A stretch of DNA of 62,243 nt, filler included. It is 8 parts of 8 records of this genome, joined end to end, with 100 filler letters (N's around TTAATTAATTAA, not from the genome) between each part and the next. Parts side by side here need not be neighbours in the genome. Positions count along the whole stretch, not along the records: positions 1 to 11,113 come from SRR31147125_30429; positions 11,214 to 20,932 come from SRR31147125_30438; 6 more parts are not named here. One strand, given 5' to 3'. Within the stretch, counting starts at the first letter, position 1. Every line of letters begins with the position of its first letter. The notes under the pieces were generated by a model. The model worked only from the letters and a program-made list of their open reading frames with translations. It made no database searches and had not been told where the DNA came from. The position numbers and the translations under genes are program-made. Positions 10,670-20,038 of the stretch are shown here, piece after piece.

Positions 10670-10710
10670 CTTTTCCTAAAAAGACAAAGAACCCTCAAAA
10701 AAGAGGGCCG

Positions 10711-11079
10711 ATGGAAGATAAGAGTATCAAACGCTTATATTACTCCATCGCAGAGGTTGGCCGCGTTACGGGATTAAAACCTTATGTACTGCGATATTGG
10801 GAGACCGAGTTTCCTGACCTCAAGCCGGCGAAAAACTCTGCTGGAAACAGAATATATCGCAAGAGTGATATTCGTCAGGTCTTCCTCATCAAACGTCTTT
10901 TATACGAAGAAAAATTTACCATTGAAGGCGCACGACAACGACTGCGTCAGTTAAAAAAGAATAAAGATAACCAGTTACAGTTATCTTTGCATGATCTTAA
11001 AAAGAACGACATTTTTCATGAAATCCGGCAAGGTCTGAAAGATTTACTGGAGATCCTGGATAATAATAAAGATAAATAA
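10711..11079 (+). CDS. MerR family transcriptional regulator
   Basis: YYSIAEV..VLRYWETEFP.LKP.K...NRIY..LLYEEKFTIEGAR; ATG at 10711 follows GAGGG. Confidence 0.9.
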   Translation: MEDKSIKRLYYSIAEVGRVTGLKPYVLRYWETEFPDLKPAKNSAGNRIYRKSDIRQVFLIKRLLYEEKFTIEGARQRLRQLKKNKDNQLQLSLHDLKKNDIFHEIRQGLKDLLEILDNNKDK

Positions 11080-11085
11080 CATGTT

Positions 11086-11113
11086 CGGGGCGTAGCGCAG
11101 CCCGGTTAGCGCG
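11086..11113 (+). tRNA. tRNA-Pro, 5' fragment (cut at contig end)
   Basis: CGGGGCGTAGCGCAGCCCGGTTAGCGC is a typical tRNA-Pro acceptor stem and D-arm; merR-tRNA-Pro order is common; anticodon not visible. Confidence 0.8.
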
Positions 11114-11213
11114 NNNNNNNNNNNNNNNNNNNNNNNNNNNNNNNNNNNNNNNNNNNNTTAATTAATTAANNNNNNNNNNNNNNNNNNNNNNNNNNNNNNN
11201 NNNNNNNNNNNNN
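11114..11213. other. Artificial contig linker
   Basis: N44-TTAATTAATTAA-N44, stop codons in all six frames. Confidence 0.99.
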
Positions 11214-11624
11214 TTTTCTTTTAAAAGATTTATCTTTCATACCAAAATAGGAAAACAGTCTATTTTTATTGGGCGTCCCAAAATACGCCACACCATTCGG
11301 TTTTAGAATCCTGGCAGCTTCTTTCAATAACACATGCAGATCCTTCACATGCTCAAGAACATGATAAGAATAGACAATATCAAAACTGGAATCCGGGTAA
11401 GGTATATTCTCACCATCATAATTTACCAGATGGGATCTGGATAAGGCCCATTTATCAAAATTCTCATGAATATCAATACCAAAGACCTCAGCATTGCACA
11501 ATAAATTCAAATATGCTGCTTCCAGGCCGTTGCCACATCCCAAATCCAATATTCGGGTTTTCGGCGGAATTTCATCAATACCAAGTATTTTTTTAAATGT
11601 TTCAATTTGTGATCTATAACGCAT
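11214..11624 (-). CDS. Class I SAM-dependent methyltransferase (3' truncated)
   Basis: ILDLGCGNG, IPYPDSSFDIV, HVLEHV, RILKPNG. Confidence 0.9.
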
Positions 11625-11797
11625 GAATTATCTTCTCAAAATGTTGATTTAAAGCCACACTCAAATAAGTGAGGGGACAATATTGAGGTCTAAACGCCTC
11701 AATCAGATAATTATTCAGAGTAACGAGATAAATAGCACAGATATAAACAATCTTAACTAATTGATTTTATTAGGCAATTCCTTTATTTCGTTAAACG

Positions 11798-11826
11798 ATT
11801 ATTTTAACAAATAATGCCTTTGTCAA
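11798..11826 (-). promoter_or_regulatory. Putative sigma70 promoter for the methyltransferase
   Basis: Minus strand reads TTGACA-N17-AATAAT. Confidence 0.45.
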
Positions 11827-11892
11827 TGTACCTAGCAATACTATATACAATGGCAAATCACGCACCAAAATGATGAAAATTGGAATGATTCT

Positions 11893-13074
11893 TTAAGATA
11901 AAAGGAGTGTTTGATAGAGGTTAAAGTAGTAATCTGCTATTTGCTTTAGATTGTATTTGTGGACTATATGTTTTCGTGAATTTTGCCCAATTCTTTTTCT
12001 CAGGCCTTGATTATTTATCAATACTTTAAGTGCGGAAGAAAAAGCTTCGTTATCATCGCAATTAACAACAAATCCATATTTCCCGTTCTGAACAAGCTCA
12101 TCAGTAATACCAGGTATCAGATGAGCAATAGTGGGTAGACCGCAGGCCATGGCTTCCAACATAGCATTTGGTTGTCCCTCCTGCCGACTTGGATGAATAA
12201 AAATATCGGCTACCTGCAAATATTCATGAACATTCGGTCTGTTTCCTTCAAATCGAACCAACGATTGTAAATCATTTGCAGAAATCATTTCATACATGCT
12301 ATCAACAAATAAATCGACCTTTGGGTCCACTCTTTTAAATGATTTTTTTGACTCCAAAGGGCCAACCACAACCAGCATGATTTGCTTTTCAACCTGACTC
12401 TTTACGGTACAAAGGGCTTTGAGTAATCTATCTAATCCTTTTATATAGCTAACAGTCCCAACAGTCATTAATATAATTTTGTCATGAGGCAATTGCAACC
12501 GATCCCGAAGTACCTTTTTCTCTTGTCTTGTAATGGGGTAAAATAAATTGGTATCAACCCCATTAGGGATGCGAATTGTATCCCTTTGCGACTTTAAAGC
12601 AAATTTGCATGTATCCTCCAGCAACCGGGACGTTGCGATAACAGCACGAGCACTTTGAAATATGGATAAACGTAAAGATCCAAACTTTTTCTTTTTAACG
12701 GTAAGCGGATCATCGACATTAATGTTGGTTATCTTTTGTACAAGCGGTATACCGGTTATCTTGGCAGCAATATTAACAGGTGCATGAAAACCATGCGAAT
12801 GGATGAGATTATATCTATTGCGATAACGAATAATATACATAAATATATCTAAAGCAAATCGCAAGTGGTTCTTTTTTGTAGATTTATTGCGGAGTACACG
12901 TACAACCGGGATACCGTCGACAACGCTTTTACCGACTAATTCCGGCTTGTCTGTTCCGGTAAGCACTTCAACCTTTACCCCCATTTTCAACAACTGTATA
13001 GCCAAACGATGGGCCTGCAGAGCAGCTCCGGAAAACTCGGGGAAATATATCCAATTGGTCATGAGTACACGCAT
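11893..13074 (-). CDS. Glycosyltransferase family 4
   Basis: IPNGVDT, KGLDRLL, PSRQEGQPNAMLEAMACGLP (EX7E motif). Confidence 0.92.
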   Translation of the reverse strand: MRVLMTNWIYFPEFSGAALQAHRLAIQLLKMGVKVEVLTGTDKPELVGKSVVDGIPVVRVLRNKSTKKNHLRFALDIFMYIIRYRNRYNLIHSHGFHAPVNIAAKITGIPLVQKITNINVDDPLTVKKKKFGSLRLSIFQSARAVIATSRLLEDTCKFALKSQRDTIRIPNGVDTNLFYPITRQEKKVLRDRLQLPHDKIILMTVGTVSYIKGLDRLLKALCTVKSQVEKQIMLVVVGPLESKKSFKRVDPKVDLFVDSMYEMISANDLQSLVRFEGNRPNVHEYLQVADIFIHPSRQEGQPNAMLEAMACGLPTIAHLIPGITDELVQNGKYGFVVNCDDNEAFSSALKVLINNQGLRKRIGQNSRKHIVHKYNLKQIADYYFNLYQTLLLS

Positions 13075-13092
13075 ATGCTATCCGCTACTATT

Positions 13093-14049
13093 CTAAACTG
13101 AAAATGATGAAGCTAAACTTTCTCGAAAACTGCGCCGGACTCTATATTTATATGCGCATTTATATAGCTGTTCGGAAATTTTAAACATAATATTACGAAT
13201 TATTTTGCCAAATAAAAGAATAAAAGGCAAGCTTAAACGGTTTACAAGGCACGCTCTTAAAAAATATTTAAACTTTTTCGTCAGCGGCATTTCTGCTATA
13301 TACACACCATAACGTTGAGATAAGGCTGTACGAAGTTCAGGAGATTCCAGATACCATTTTGCTACAGCATGTCCGTACATGGCTCCTTTGCGTAGATAAT
13401 CACGTATTGTCATGGGATGATAATGCTCTGCGCTAACATGAGGCGCATAATAAAACCGTGCCCCGAGTTTGGATAATCGATAGGCAATCTCCGTATCCTC
13501 GGCTGCAATCAAATGGGAATGAAAACCACCGCAACGGGAAAATATAGAACGGCTTAGTGAAGCATTGGATGTGCGAAACATCCACCAATCAACCTCTTTC
13601 AATTGATTAATCTGCAAATTAATATCCGTTTCCCACTGTCTGGCCTGCTTTTTTGTGGCCAATTCGGGTGACATGGTGACACGGCCTATGACACAACCAT
13701 TTGATTCGGCAAAACTTTCCTGAAGTTGCAAGTGATGCTTGATAAATTCAGGATTGGGAATAGAATCGGAGTCAAGAAAAATAAGATAATCTCCTGTTGC
13801 ACTGGTTACGCCTCTATTTCTGGCATCACCTGCTGAAATGCCTGCTCCCTTTACAAGGCATATTTTTAGCGATGTTTGTGTTGAAAATGTTTCCACGATG
13901 GATACAGTATTATCTGTAGAGCCATCATCAATCACAATCACTTCAAAAAGATCCTTTGAGCATCTCTGCCCCTCGAGTGCATTCAATACCCGCATCAATG
14001 CACTACAACGATTCCTTGTCGGAATAATAGCCGATATTTTTGTTGTCAT
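13093..14049 (-). CDS. Glycosyltransferase family 2
   Basis: SAIIPTRNR, VIDDGSTD, ARNRG, FLDSD, AEDTE. Confidence 0.92.
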   Translation of the reverse strand: MTTKISAIIPTRNRCSALMRVLNALEGQRCSKDLFEVIVIDDGSTDNTVSIVETFSTQTSLKICLVKGAGISAGDARNRGVTSATGDYLIFLDSDSIPNPEFIKHHLQLQESFAESNGCVIGRVTMSPELATKKQARQWETDINLQINQLKEVDWWMFRTSNASLSRSIFSRCGGFHSHLIAAEDTEIAYRLSKLGARFYYAPHVSAEHYHPMTIRDYLRKGAMYGHAVAKWYLESPELRTALSQRYGVYIAEMPLTKKFKYFLRACLVNRLSLPFILLFGKIIRNIMFKISEQLYKCAYKYRVRRSFRESLASSFSV

Positions 14050-14066
14050 TCAAAGTTGTCCTACCT

Positions 14067-14160
14067 ATGATGCTATGCTTGTGTTAAAAGTCTGATGAAT
14101 CGACTTAAACTCTAATGATGCTATGCTGGTTAAAATTCTATGAAATCGATTTTAACTCTT
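14067..14160. repeat. Imperfect tandem duplication, 48-bp period, 2 copies
   Basis: ATGATGCTATGCTtgtGTTAAAAgTCTgATGAATCGActtAAACTCT at 14067 versus ATGATGCTATGCTgGTTAAAAtTCTATGAAATCGAtttTAACTCT at 14115. Confidence 0.8.
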
Positions 14161-15562
14161 TAATGTTTTGAATATCGGAATATGTAATTGTTTTTGAATA
14201 CCAAAGAAAAATTAAATAAGTTAATCCTCCAATTAATGAACTTGTAATAATATTTTGGTCTTTTAAAAGAAAAACGATTATCGACATCAATCCGACTCCT
14301 ATTACCACTTTCAGATTGTGCCATTTGAAATGAAACTGAAATAATAGCTTTTGTACGAAATAAAATTCTGTACCTAAAAATGTAAAAGAACCAATCAGAA
14401 GCGCAAAGGCGGCACCTAATATGCCAAAGTGTGGAACAAGAACAATATTTAAGACCAGGACAGTCAGTGCTGCAAAGGCATTTGCCAGCAAATCTTTTAA
14501 TTGTAAATCATGGCTCACCAGAGTGTAAGCAAGAACAGGTACAGCGCTAAACAGTACAACAATCCAAATCAACACCCTAAGAACGGGAATAGCTCCGTTC
14601 ATCTCAGTTCCATACAACAGGGGAATAATATGTGGCGCGAGGATGAACGTACCAGCTGCAATCGCACCTGTTAATATGGATATAAACTTGATCGACTTTT
14701 TACAGACCATAGAGACAAGTTTTGGATCTTTATCAGCATACCTGGATGTAATCGGAAATAATGCCTGTCCATATGCCATGGCAAATGAAATACACATATC
14801 GACCAGTTTAAACGCTGCGCTAAAATATCCTGCCTCGGTCTCGCCTTTAAATTTTGTCAATAAAATGACACTGATGGACCAAAATAATCCGTTAAAAATG
14901 GCTATTAAAGAAAATGTTGGGGCCTGTCTCAGTAAATGAACAAGAATAGTTTTATTAAAGTGCCACGTCGGTTGCGCGAGTCTTTTAGCATAAACGAAAC
15001 AGATCATAAATGACACGATCTTACTCGCTAGAATAACCAAAGCAACTTCTTTAATACCATAACCGAGCCATAAAACAGAAAGACCTGCCACGACCTTGAA
15101 CACATTTTCGATCGTTCTGGCGATAGCTACAGGAATCAGTTTTTCCGAGGCCCACAAGATGGCTCTGCTCCAGTAAAATCCGGTGTTTGGCACTATAGCA
15201 CAAGCCATTATACTACTGGCAACAATCGTCTCTTTGCCGGGATTGATAAAACGTATAACAAGAAGCATCAATCCAGAAAACAAGAGAGAAGCAACAGATC
15301 CCAGCCAAAGTGATTGCGTAAAGTAGTGACCCGCAAGCTTGCGATCGCGTGCTACATCCCGAATGAGTGCGGAGCCGAGACCTAAAGTTGAAAAAGTGCC
15401 AAAGAGCGTTGATAACGACAATGCAAAGGCCAGAGAACCAAGTCCTGATGCGCCGAGATGTCGTGCGGTAAAAATCCAAAACAGTACGGAACCTGTCCGG
15501 TTTGCAATCTCTGTAACGGAACGGGCGGCCGTATTAGTGACCATCGAGCGAAATATTGACAT
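14138..15562 (-). CDS. Wzx-type polysaccharide flippase
   Basis: 474 aa, many TM helices, ARHLGASGLG, GYFSAAFKL, LVPHFGILGAA. Confidence 0.9.
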   Translation of the reverse strand: MSIFRSMVTNTAARSVTEIANRTGSVLFWIFTARHLGASGLGSLAFALSLSTLFGTFSTLGLGSALIRDVARDRKLAGHYFTQSLWLGSVASLLFSGLMLLVIRFINPGKETIVASSIMACAIVPNTGFYWSRAILWASEKLIPVAIARTIENVFKVVAGLSVLWLGYGIKEVALVILASKIVSFMICFVYAKRLAQPTWHFNKTILVHLLRQAPTFSLIAIFNGLFWSISVILLTKFKGETEAGYFSAAFKLVDMCISFAMAYGQALFPITSRYADKDPKLVSMVCKKSIKFISILTGAIAAGTFILAPHIIPLLYGTEMNGAIPVLRVLIWIVVLFSAVPVLAYTLVSHDLQLKDLLANAFAALTVLVLNIVLVPHFGILGAAFALLIGSFTFLGTEFYFVQKLLFQFHFKWHNLKVVIGVGLMSIIVFLLKDQNIITSSLIGGLTYLIFLWYSKTITYSDIQNIKELKSIS

Positions 15563-15605
15563 AGATATTTTATCCGGAATTGAAGCATATGGTCATGATT
15601 TTCTC

Positions 15606-16415
15606 TCAACTCATTTTACTGGCTATAATCAAAAGTCCATTGCCCTCGTTATTCTTGACTAAATAGTCTGCCCACATCAGTAATAATACAAATGGATGAA
15701 TCAAAAGCAAATAAAACGGAAACAACCATTTGAAAACTGAACTGTACTGAACTGATGTTACAATGTCATAAGAAAGACGCCCATATTTGCCATAAGTAAT
15801 AACGATATCTTTTATTTCAAATCCATTTTTTGTTAATTTAGAGACCAGTTCATCTTTGCTATAATATCGGACATGCTCGTGAGGTAATTCTTTTCCAGTC
15901 TCTGTCAATTGTTTTTTTATTTTTCTATCCAAGGAGGACAGGACTCTTTTCTCACTTGTTGGTACATAAACAAGAAAGCTTCCATTTTGTTTTAAATTGT
16001 CACGATAAGAGGATAAAACGGCCTGATCATCCTGTATATGTTCCAAAACACTGGAGCAAAGTATCACGTCAAATTGACTATTAAAATTAAACTGGGACAG
16101 ATCTCCTTGTAAAAATTCAATATTATCAAGACCGATTTTTTTAACAAAATGGTTACAATCGTTTACCTGTTTTTCATCGACCTCAATCGCCGTCACCATT
16201 GCCAGAGGCCATTTTCTTGCAACAAAATAAGCATGTTGTCCCAAGCCACTTCCGGCATCGAGCAAGGTCACCTTTTTATTATAAGGTTGAACTATTTTTC
16301 GGATTCCCTTTCTTATATACCATTCACGAAGGGTTGTCCATAAAATAAACAGAAAACCTAATTTTCGTATAAATATTTTTCTTCCGATAAAACTGGAAAT
16401 TTCCTTTGAGTCCAT
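15606..16415 (-). CDS. Class I SAM-dependent methyltransferase
   Basis: LLDAGSGLG, FDVILCSSVLEHI, HVRYYS. Confidence 0.88.
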   Translation of the reverse strand: MDSKEISSFIGRKIFIRKLGFLFILWTTLREWYIRKGIRKIVQPYNKKVTLLDAGSGLGQHAYFVARKWPLAMVTAIEVDEKQVNDCNHFVKKIGLDNIEFLQGDLSQFNFNSQFDVILCSSVLEHIQDDQAVLSSYRDNLKQNGSFLVYVPTSEKRVLSSLDRKIKKQLTETGKELPHEHVRYYSKDELVSKLTKNGFEIKDIVITYGKYGRLSYDIVTSVQYSSVFKWLFPFYLLLIHPFVLLLMWADYLVKNNEGNGLLIIASKMS

Positions 16416-17911
16416 TCCTTGTTCTCATTTTCTAATAAACGATAATATATATCTTCAGATTCATCATTGAGACGATTCACGGCCTCAATAACAGCCGCTA
16501 ATGCCCAAAATATCATTAACAGGGTAAAATTCTCTTTATAACTTTTATCTCCCATTGCAGCAACAAGGTAGCCTACTAAACTACCCATCAAGCCAATGGA
16601 TATAATACGGTAAAATCGGGAATGACTGTGCAAAGCTCTTTTAATACGTTGGAAAAAAGCAAATAAAATCCATAAAAAAGCGCCTAAACCAAATATACCC
16701 ATCTCAACCCAGAAAAGTAAATATGTATTATGAACGGCAGATCTTCTGGTAAATGAATCCATCGAATCCCAATATTCTTCGATCACAGCACCATAATTAT
16801 TGATACCAATACCCAAAATAGGATGGTCTTCAATAATATCCCAGGCAACTTTTGCTGTTGTCCAACGCGTCCTGGTAGATCCTTTATCATAAGTAGTAAT
16901 TCGCCCCCAAATCACATCACCAAAAGCTGCAATAATCAGTAAAAAGACAAAAGCCGCGAGGGCCATTTTTCCCATAATCCTCATGTTTAAAAGTCGGCTC
17001 TTAAAAACAAGAAATAACATCACAATAATTGAGCATATCAATGCAATCCACGAGCTCCTCGTCAAGGTATAGATCAATGCGACAAGGCCGGTCACGGAGG
17101 TAATTCCAGAGAAAAGGCGTTGAAATTTTGTCTCACCTGTTAACGACAGGACAATAGAGACAGGAAGTAAAAGTCCAATATATCTTGCCAGGTGATTACA
17201 GTGACCAATTGTCCCTCCAGGTCTGGCCAGATTAGCAGCCTCCATTTCAAAAGAAAGCAACCGTCTTGCTTCCCCCAGACCTAATAGACCCAGCTGAGGT
17301 CCTGTAAAAAATTGTACTGCAACGATCACGGTCTGAACAATCAAACCAAGAAAAAGTGCATAAAGCACTACAGATAGATCAGTACGGTTTCTTATGTTAT
17401 TGACAAGATAAAAATAAAAAAGAAAAGCTTTAATAAAATTAATAACATCAAAAGAACTCCACAGCAAATCACGGGCGGCAAACATTGAAATTGCGCTCAA
17501 AAGGATCAAAGCCAAAGTGGGAATGGATATATTGGGAAAGAAGCGAATCTCTCCACCTTTTTTGATTCGCGTTACACGAAATAACCACTCGATAAAAAGC
17601 ACCAACAGTAGAATATCCGTTAATCCCAGGCTTATAGAATCAGCACCTCCCATACTGGGATGAAGAAAAAAGTTATAATCTGCATTAAGGGGTATTGAAA
17701 AAATCAATAAACCCATTAAAAAACGTCGGGGATCGCGAATCATCACCAAAACAAAGGGAAAAATAAATCCCATAATGCTAAAGAGTGCCCACTTTAACTC
17801 AAAGGACCAAAATAGCCAGATCAAAGCAGTAACTCCACACCCGAATGCCGCCATAAAGAAGTAGATTAATAAATTTCTGTCAGTAGAATATTTAAATGGC
17901 AGATCCTGCAT
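16358..17911 (-). CDS. O-antigen ligase / Wzy polymerase family protein
   Basis: Multi-TM; RPGGTIGHCNHLA, TLTRSSW, HPILGIG, VHNTYL. Confidence 0.88.
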   Translation of the reverse strand: MQDLPFKYSTDRNLLIYFFMAAFGCGVTALIWLFWSFELKWALFSIMGFIFPFVLVMIRDPRRFLMGLLIFSIPLNADYNFFLHPSMGGADSISLGLTDILLLVLFIEWLFRVTRIKKGGEIRFFPNISIPTLALILLSAISMFAARDLLWSSFDVINFIKAFLFYFYLVNNIRNRTDLSVVLYALFLGLIVQTVIVAVQFFTGPQLGLLGLGEARRLLSFEMEAANLARPGGTIGHCNHLARYIGLLLPVSIVLSLTGETKFQRLFSGITSVTGLVALIYTLTRSSWIALICSIIVMLFLVFKSRLLNMRIMGKMALAAFVFLLIIAAFGDVIWGRITTYDKGSTRTRWTTAKVAWDIIEDHPILGIGINNYGAVIEEYWDSMDSFTRRSAVHNTYLLFWVEMGIFGLGAFLWILFAFFQRIKRALHSHSRFYRIISIGLMGSLVGYLVAAMGDKSYKENFTLLMIFWALAAVIEAVNRLNDESEDIYYRLLENENKEWTQRKFPVLSEEKYLYEN

Positions 17912-17967
17912 TTTTTCACCATATTAAGATAAATTATTCTGGCCTTAACTGTGGAGTAATATAAATC

Positions 17968-18939
17968 TCAAACAAGTCGTTTATACTGTCCTTCAGGTAT
18001 GCTCATTCTATTTCTGTTTAGAGCAACACCGAGTAAATTGGCCCGTGCAGAAACTAATTTTCTTTTTGCATCCTGGGCAACTTCCCATCGTGTTTGGCCT
18101 GCACGTACAACCAGAACTACACCGTCCGCATAAGATGCCAGGCTTAGAGAATCCACATAAGACAGTACCGGTGGTGAATCAAAGATAACATAACGAAAAT
18201 ATTTTCGCCAGTTCATTAGCAAGGATCTAAAATTATTCGAACCCAGTAATTCGGTTGGATTTATTTTAGCTTTTCCAGCTGTAATCAGTTTGAGGTGAGT
18301 GCCTTTCACGGATTTAACAACTTTGGTCCAATCCAGGTTACTTTGAATGATATCGGCCAATCCGTTATCGGGATTCAGGCCAAAAAAGGAATGTAAAGAG
18401 GGTTCATGCAAATTTGTATCCACGAGAAGAATATCATTTTGCGCATCAAATTTTACTTTTCCATGTCCATTCGACTCATTGGCAGGATTACTGTTTGAAA
18501 TTTCCTTAAATGAAGCCAGAGTCTCATAATTATTTTCTCTTTGCAAAAGGGATTGCATGTCGTCCGTAAAAACCTGATCGGTTTTTTCTCCATCCTGTAA
18601 ACTTGCTTCTGTTACTTTTATGATGGGTTGGCTCTCATTCGACTGCGAATTTTGTTTTTTGTCATTCTTCCGTCCGGCCATCAAAAACGCAAGATAGGTC
18701 GCAATGGTTGACGAACCTTCACCTCTTATTGAGCTGGCAATGGACAAAACACGCATTTGCCCTTTTAGGCTGGCAATGCGAATATACTCCCGTAAATCGT
18801 AAAAATCGTGTAATATCTCATTGGGCAGATCAAATACAAAAAGGCCCTTCTGAGACCCATTTGATTCGTTTGCCTCATTATTTTGTGTCTTTTTTTCTTT
18901 TACATCAATATTGACCAAGGCATCATGAACAACACTCAT
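17968..18939 (-). CDS. CpsD/CapB-family BY-kinase-like protein with degenerate Walker A
   Basis: SSIRGEGSST (no Lys), LLVDTNLH, VIFDSPP, DGVVLVVRAGQT, LLGVALN. Confidence 0.85.
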   Translation of the reverse strand: MSVVHDALVNIDVKEKKTQNNEANESNGSQKGLFVFDLPNEILHDFYDLREYIRIASLKGQMRVLSIASSIRGEGSSTIATYLAFLMAGRKNDKKQNSQSNESQPIIKVTEASLQDGEKTDQVFTDDMQSLLQRENNYETLASFKEISNSNPANESNGHGKVKFDAQNDILLVDTNLHEPSLHSFFGLNPDNGLADIIQSNLDWTKVVKSVKGTHLKLITAGKAKINPTELLGSNNFRSLLMNWRKYFRYVIFDSPPVLSYVDSLSLASYADGVVLVVRAGQTRWEVAQDAKRKLVSARANLLGVALNRNRMSIPEGQYKRLV

Positions 18940-18997
18940 TATGCTTCCCTACCTATTAGTTGCTGTCACTGTTTTATTCATTATGCTTTTGTAACTA

Positions 18998-20005
18998 TTA
19001 ATTTATGGCCAGTACACTCAAATCAATACCATCAAAATTGATCGAAGCTCCTTCCAGGACTTTTTTACCTGTTTTTGAATGACCATTTTTCGCGCTTTTC
19101 ACTTTTCCGGACTTTGTCTTTATCAATCGATTATAATCAATAGAAGGTTTGACGGGCCTTTCCACGCGATGAGTTTTAGGTGCTGCCATAACCTTGTCCT
19201 GCTGCAAAAGTGTTCTAACCAGGGTAGAATCAACCTGATTTCTTTTGGTTTTTGCAGCTTCCATCAATGCATTATCACAAATCTGATTAATGAGCCGTGG
19301 AATGCCATCAGATATTTCATACACTTCATCCAAAGCCGCTTCCGTAAAGATGTCATTTCTCAAGGCTCCGGCAATTTCCATCCGATGACAAATATAATTT
19401 TTCGTATCCTGCTTACTCATTCTCGATATTGTGGCTTTTAAATTAATTCGCTGTTTCAATTGCTGTAAAGACGGATGATTCAGATAATCATTCAGCTGAG
19501 GCTGGCCGGATAAAATCACCTGTAATAATTTTTTATTCACAGTTTCCAGGTTAGATAATTGGCGTATTTCCTCGAGCACATTAATCTTGAGACTTTGTGC
19601 TTCATCAATGATAAGTAAAGCATAGTTTCCCTGCTCGTATTCCTTGATTAGAAATGTATATAATTCCATAATCAATTCACTCACATCATTTCCCTGAGGT
19701 TGCAAGCCAAAATCACGACAAATATACTTTAAAAGCTCTTTCTCATTCATGGTTGTATTAAAGACCCAGGCAAAACGAACAGTCTGATTCAAGCCCTGGA
19801 TTAATGTCCGGATTAACATACTTTTTCCCAAGCCAGGCTCAGCCACAATGGCGTTAATCCCACGACGTTGAGATACAGACATCACAATCCGTTCAAGTGC
19901 CTGTTGATGGGTCTGACTGCGATATAAATATTTCGGATCGGTTGTCGTGGAAAACGGTTCTTCCTTTAATTTAAAATAGTCTAAATACATATTTGCCTCG
20001 TCCAT
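18998..20005 (-). CDS. ExeA/GspA-like AAA+ ATPase
   Basis: MYLDYFKLKEEPFS, AEPGLGKS, LLIIDEAQ, LQVILSGQPQL, SDGIPRLINQICDNAL. Confidence 0.9.
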   Translation of the reverse strand: MDEANMYLDYFKLKEEPFSTTTDPKYLYRSQTHQQALERIVMSVSQRRGINAIVAEPGLGKSMLIRTLIQGLNQTVRFAWVFNTTMNEKELLKYICRDFGLQPQGNDVSELIMELYTFLIKEYEQGNYALLIIDEAQSLKINVLEEIRQLSNLETVNKKLLQVILSGQPQLNDYLNHPSLQQLKQRINLKATISRMSKQDTKNYICHRMEIAGALRNDIFTEAALDEVYEISDGIPRLINQICDNALMEAAKTKRNQVDSTLVRTLLQQDKVMAAPKTHRVERPVKPSIDYNRLIKTKSGKVKSAKNGHSKTGKKVLEGASINFDGIDLSVLAIN

Positions 20006-20038
20006 TTAATTAACCATTAATAATACAGCTTTTTATAC

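Noticed and set aside
11158..11169. TTAATTAATTAA repeated seven times as a possible biological repeat
   Set aside because: Always centred in N runs of identical length; it is a six-frame-stop assembly linker
11625..11712. Canonical SAM-I riboswitch
   Set aside because: Only P1-like sequences are present; the kink-turn and GCAAC/GUGC core are missing. Kept only as a weak candidate leader
14067..14160. CRISPR array
   Set aside because: Only two adjacent degenerate copies, no spacers, and no cas genes in the window
16358..16415. 58-bp overlap between the Wzy-like gene and the methyltransferase
   Set aside because: One more A in GAAAATGA would give a stop before the overlap, so it may be another indel
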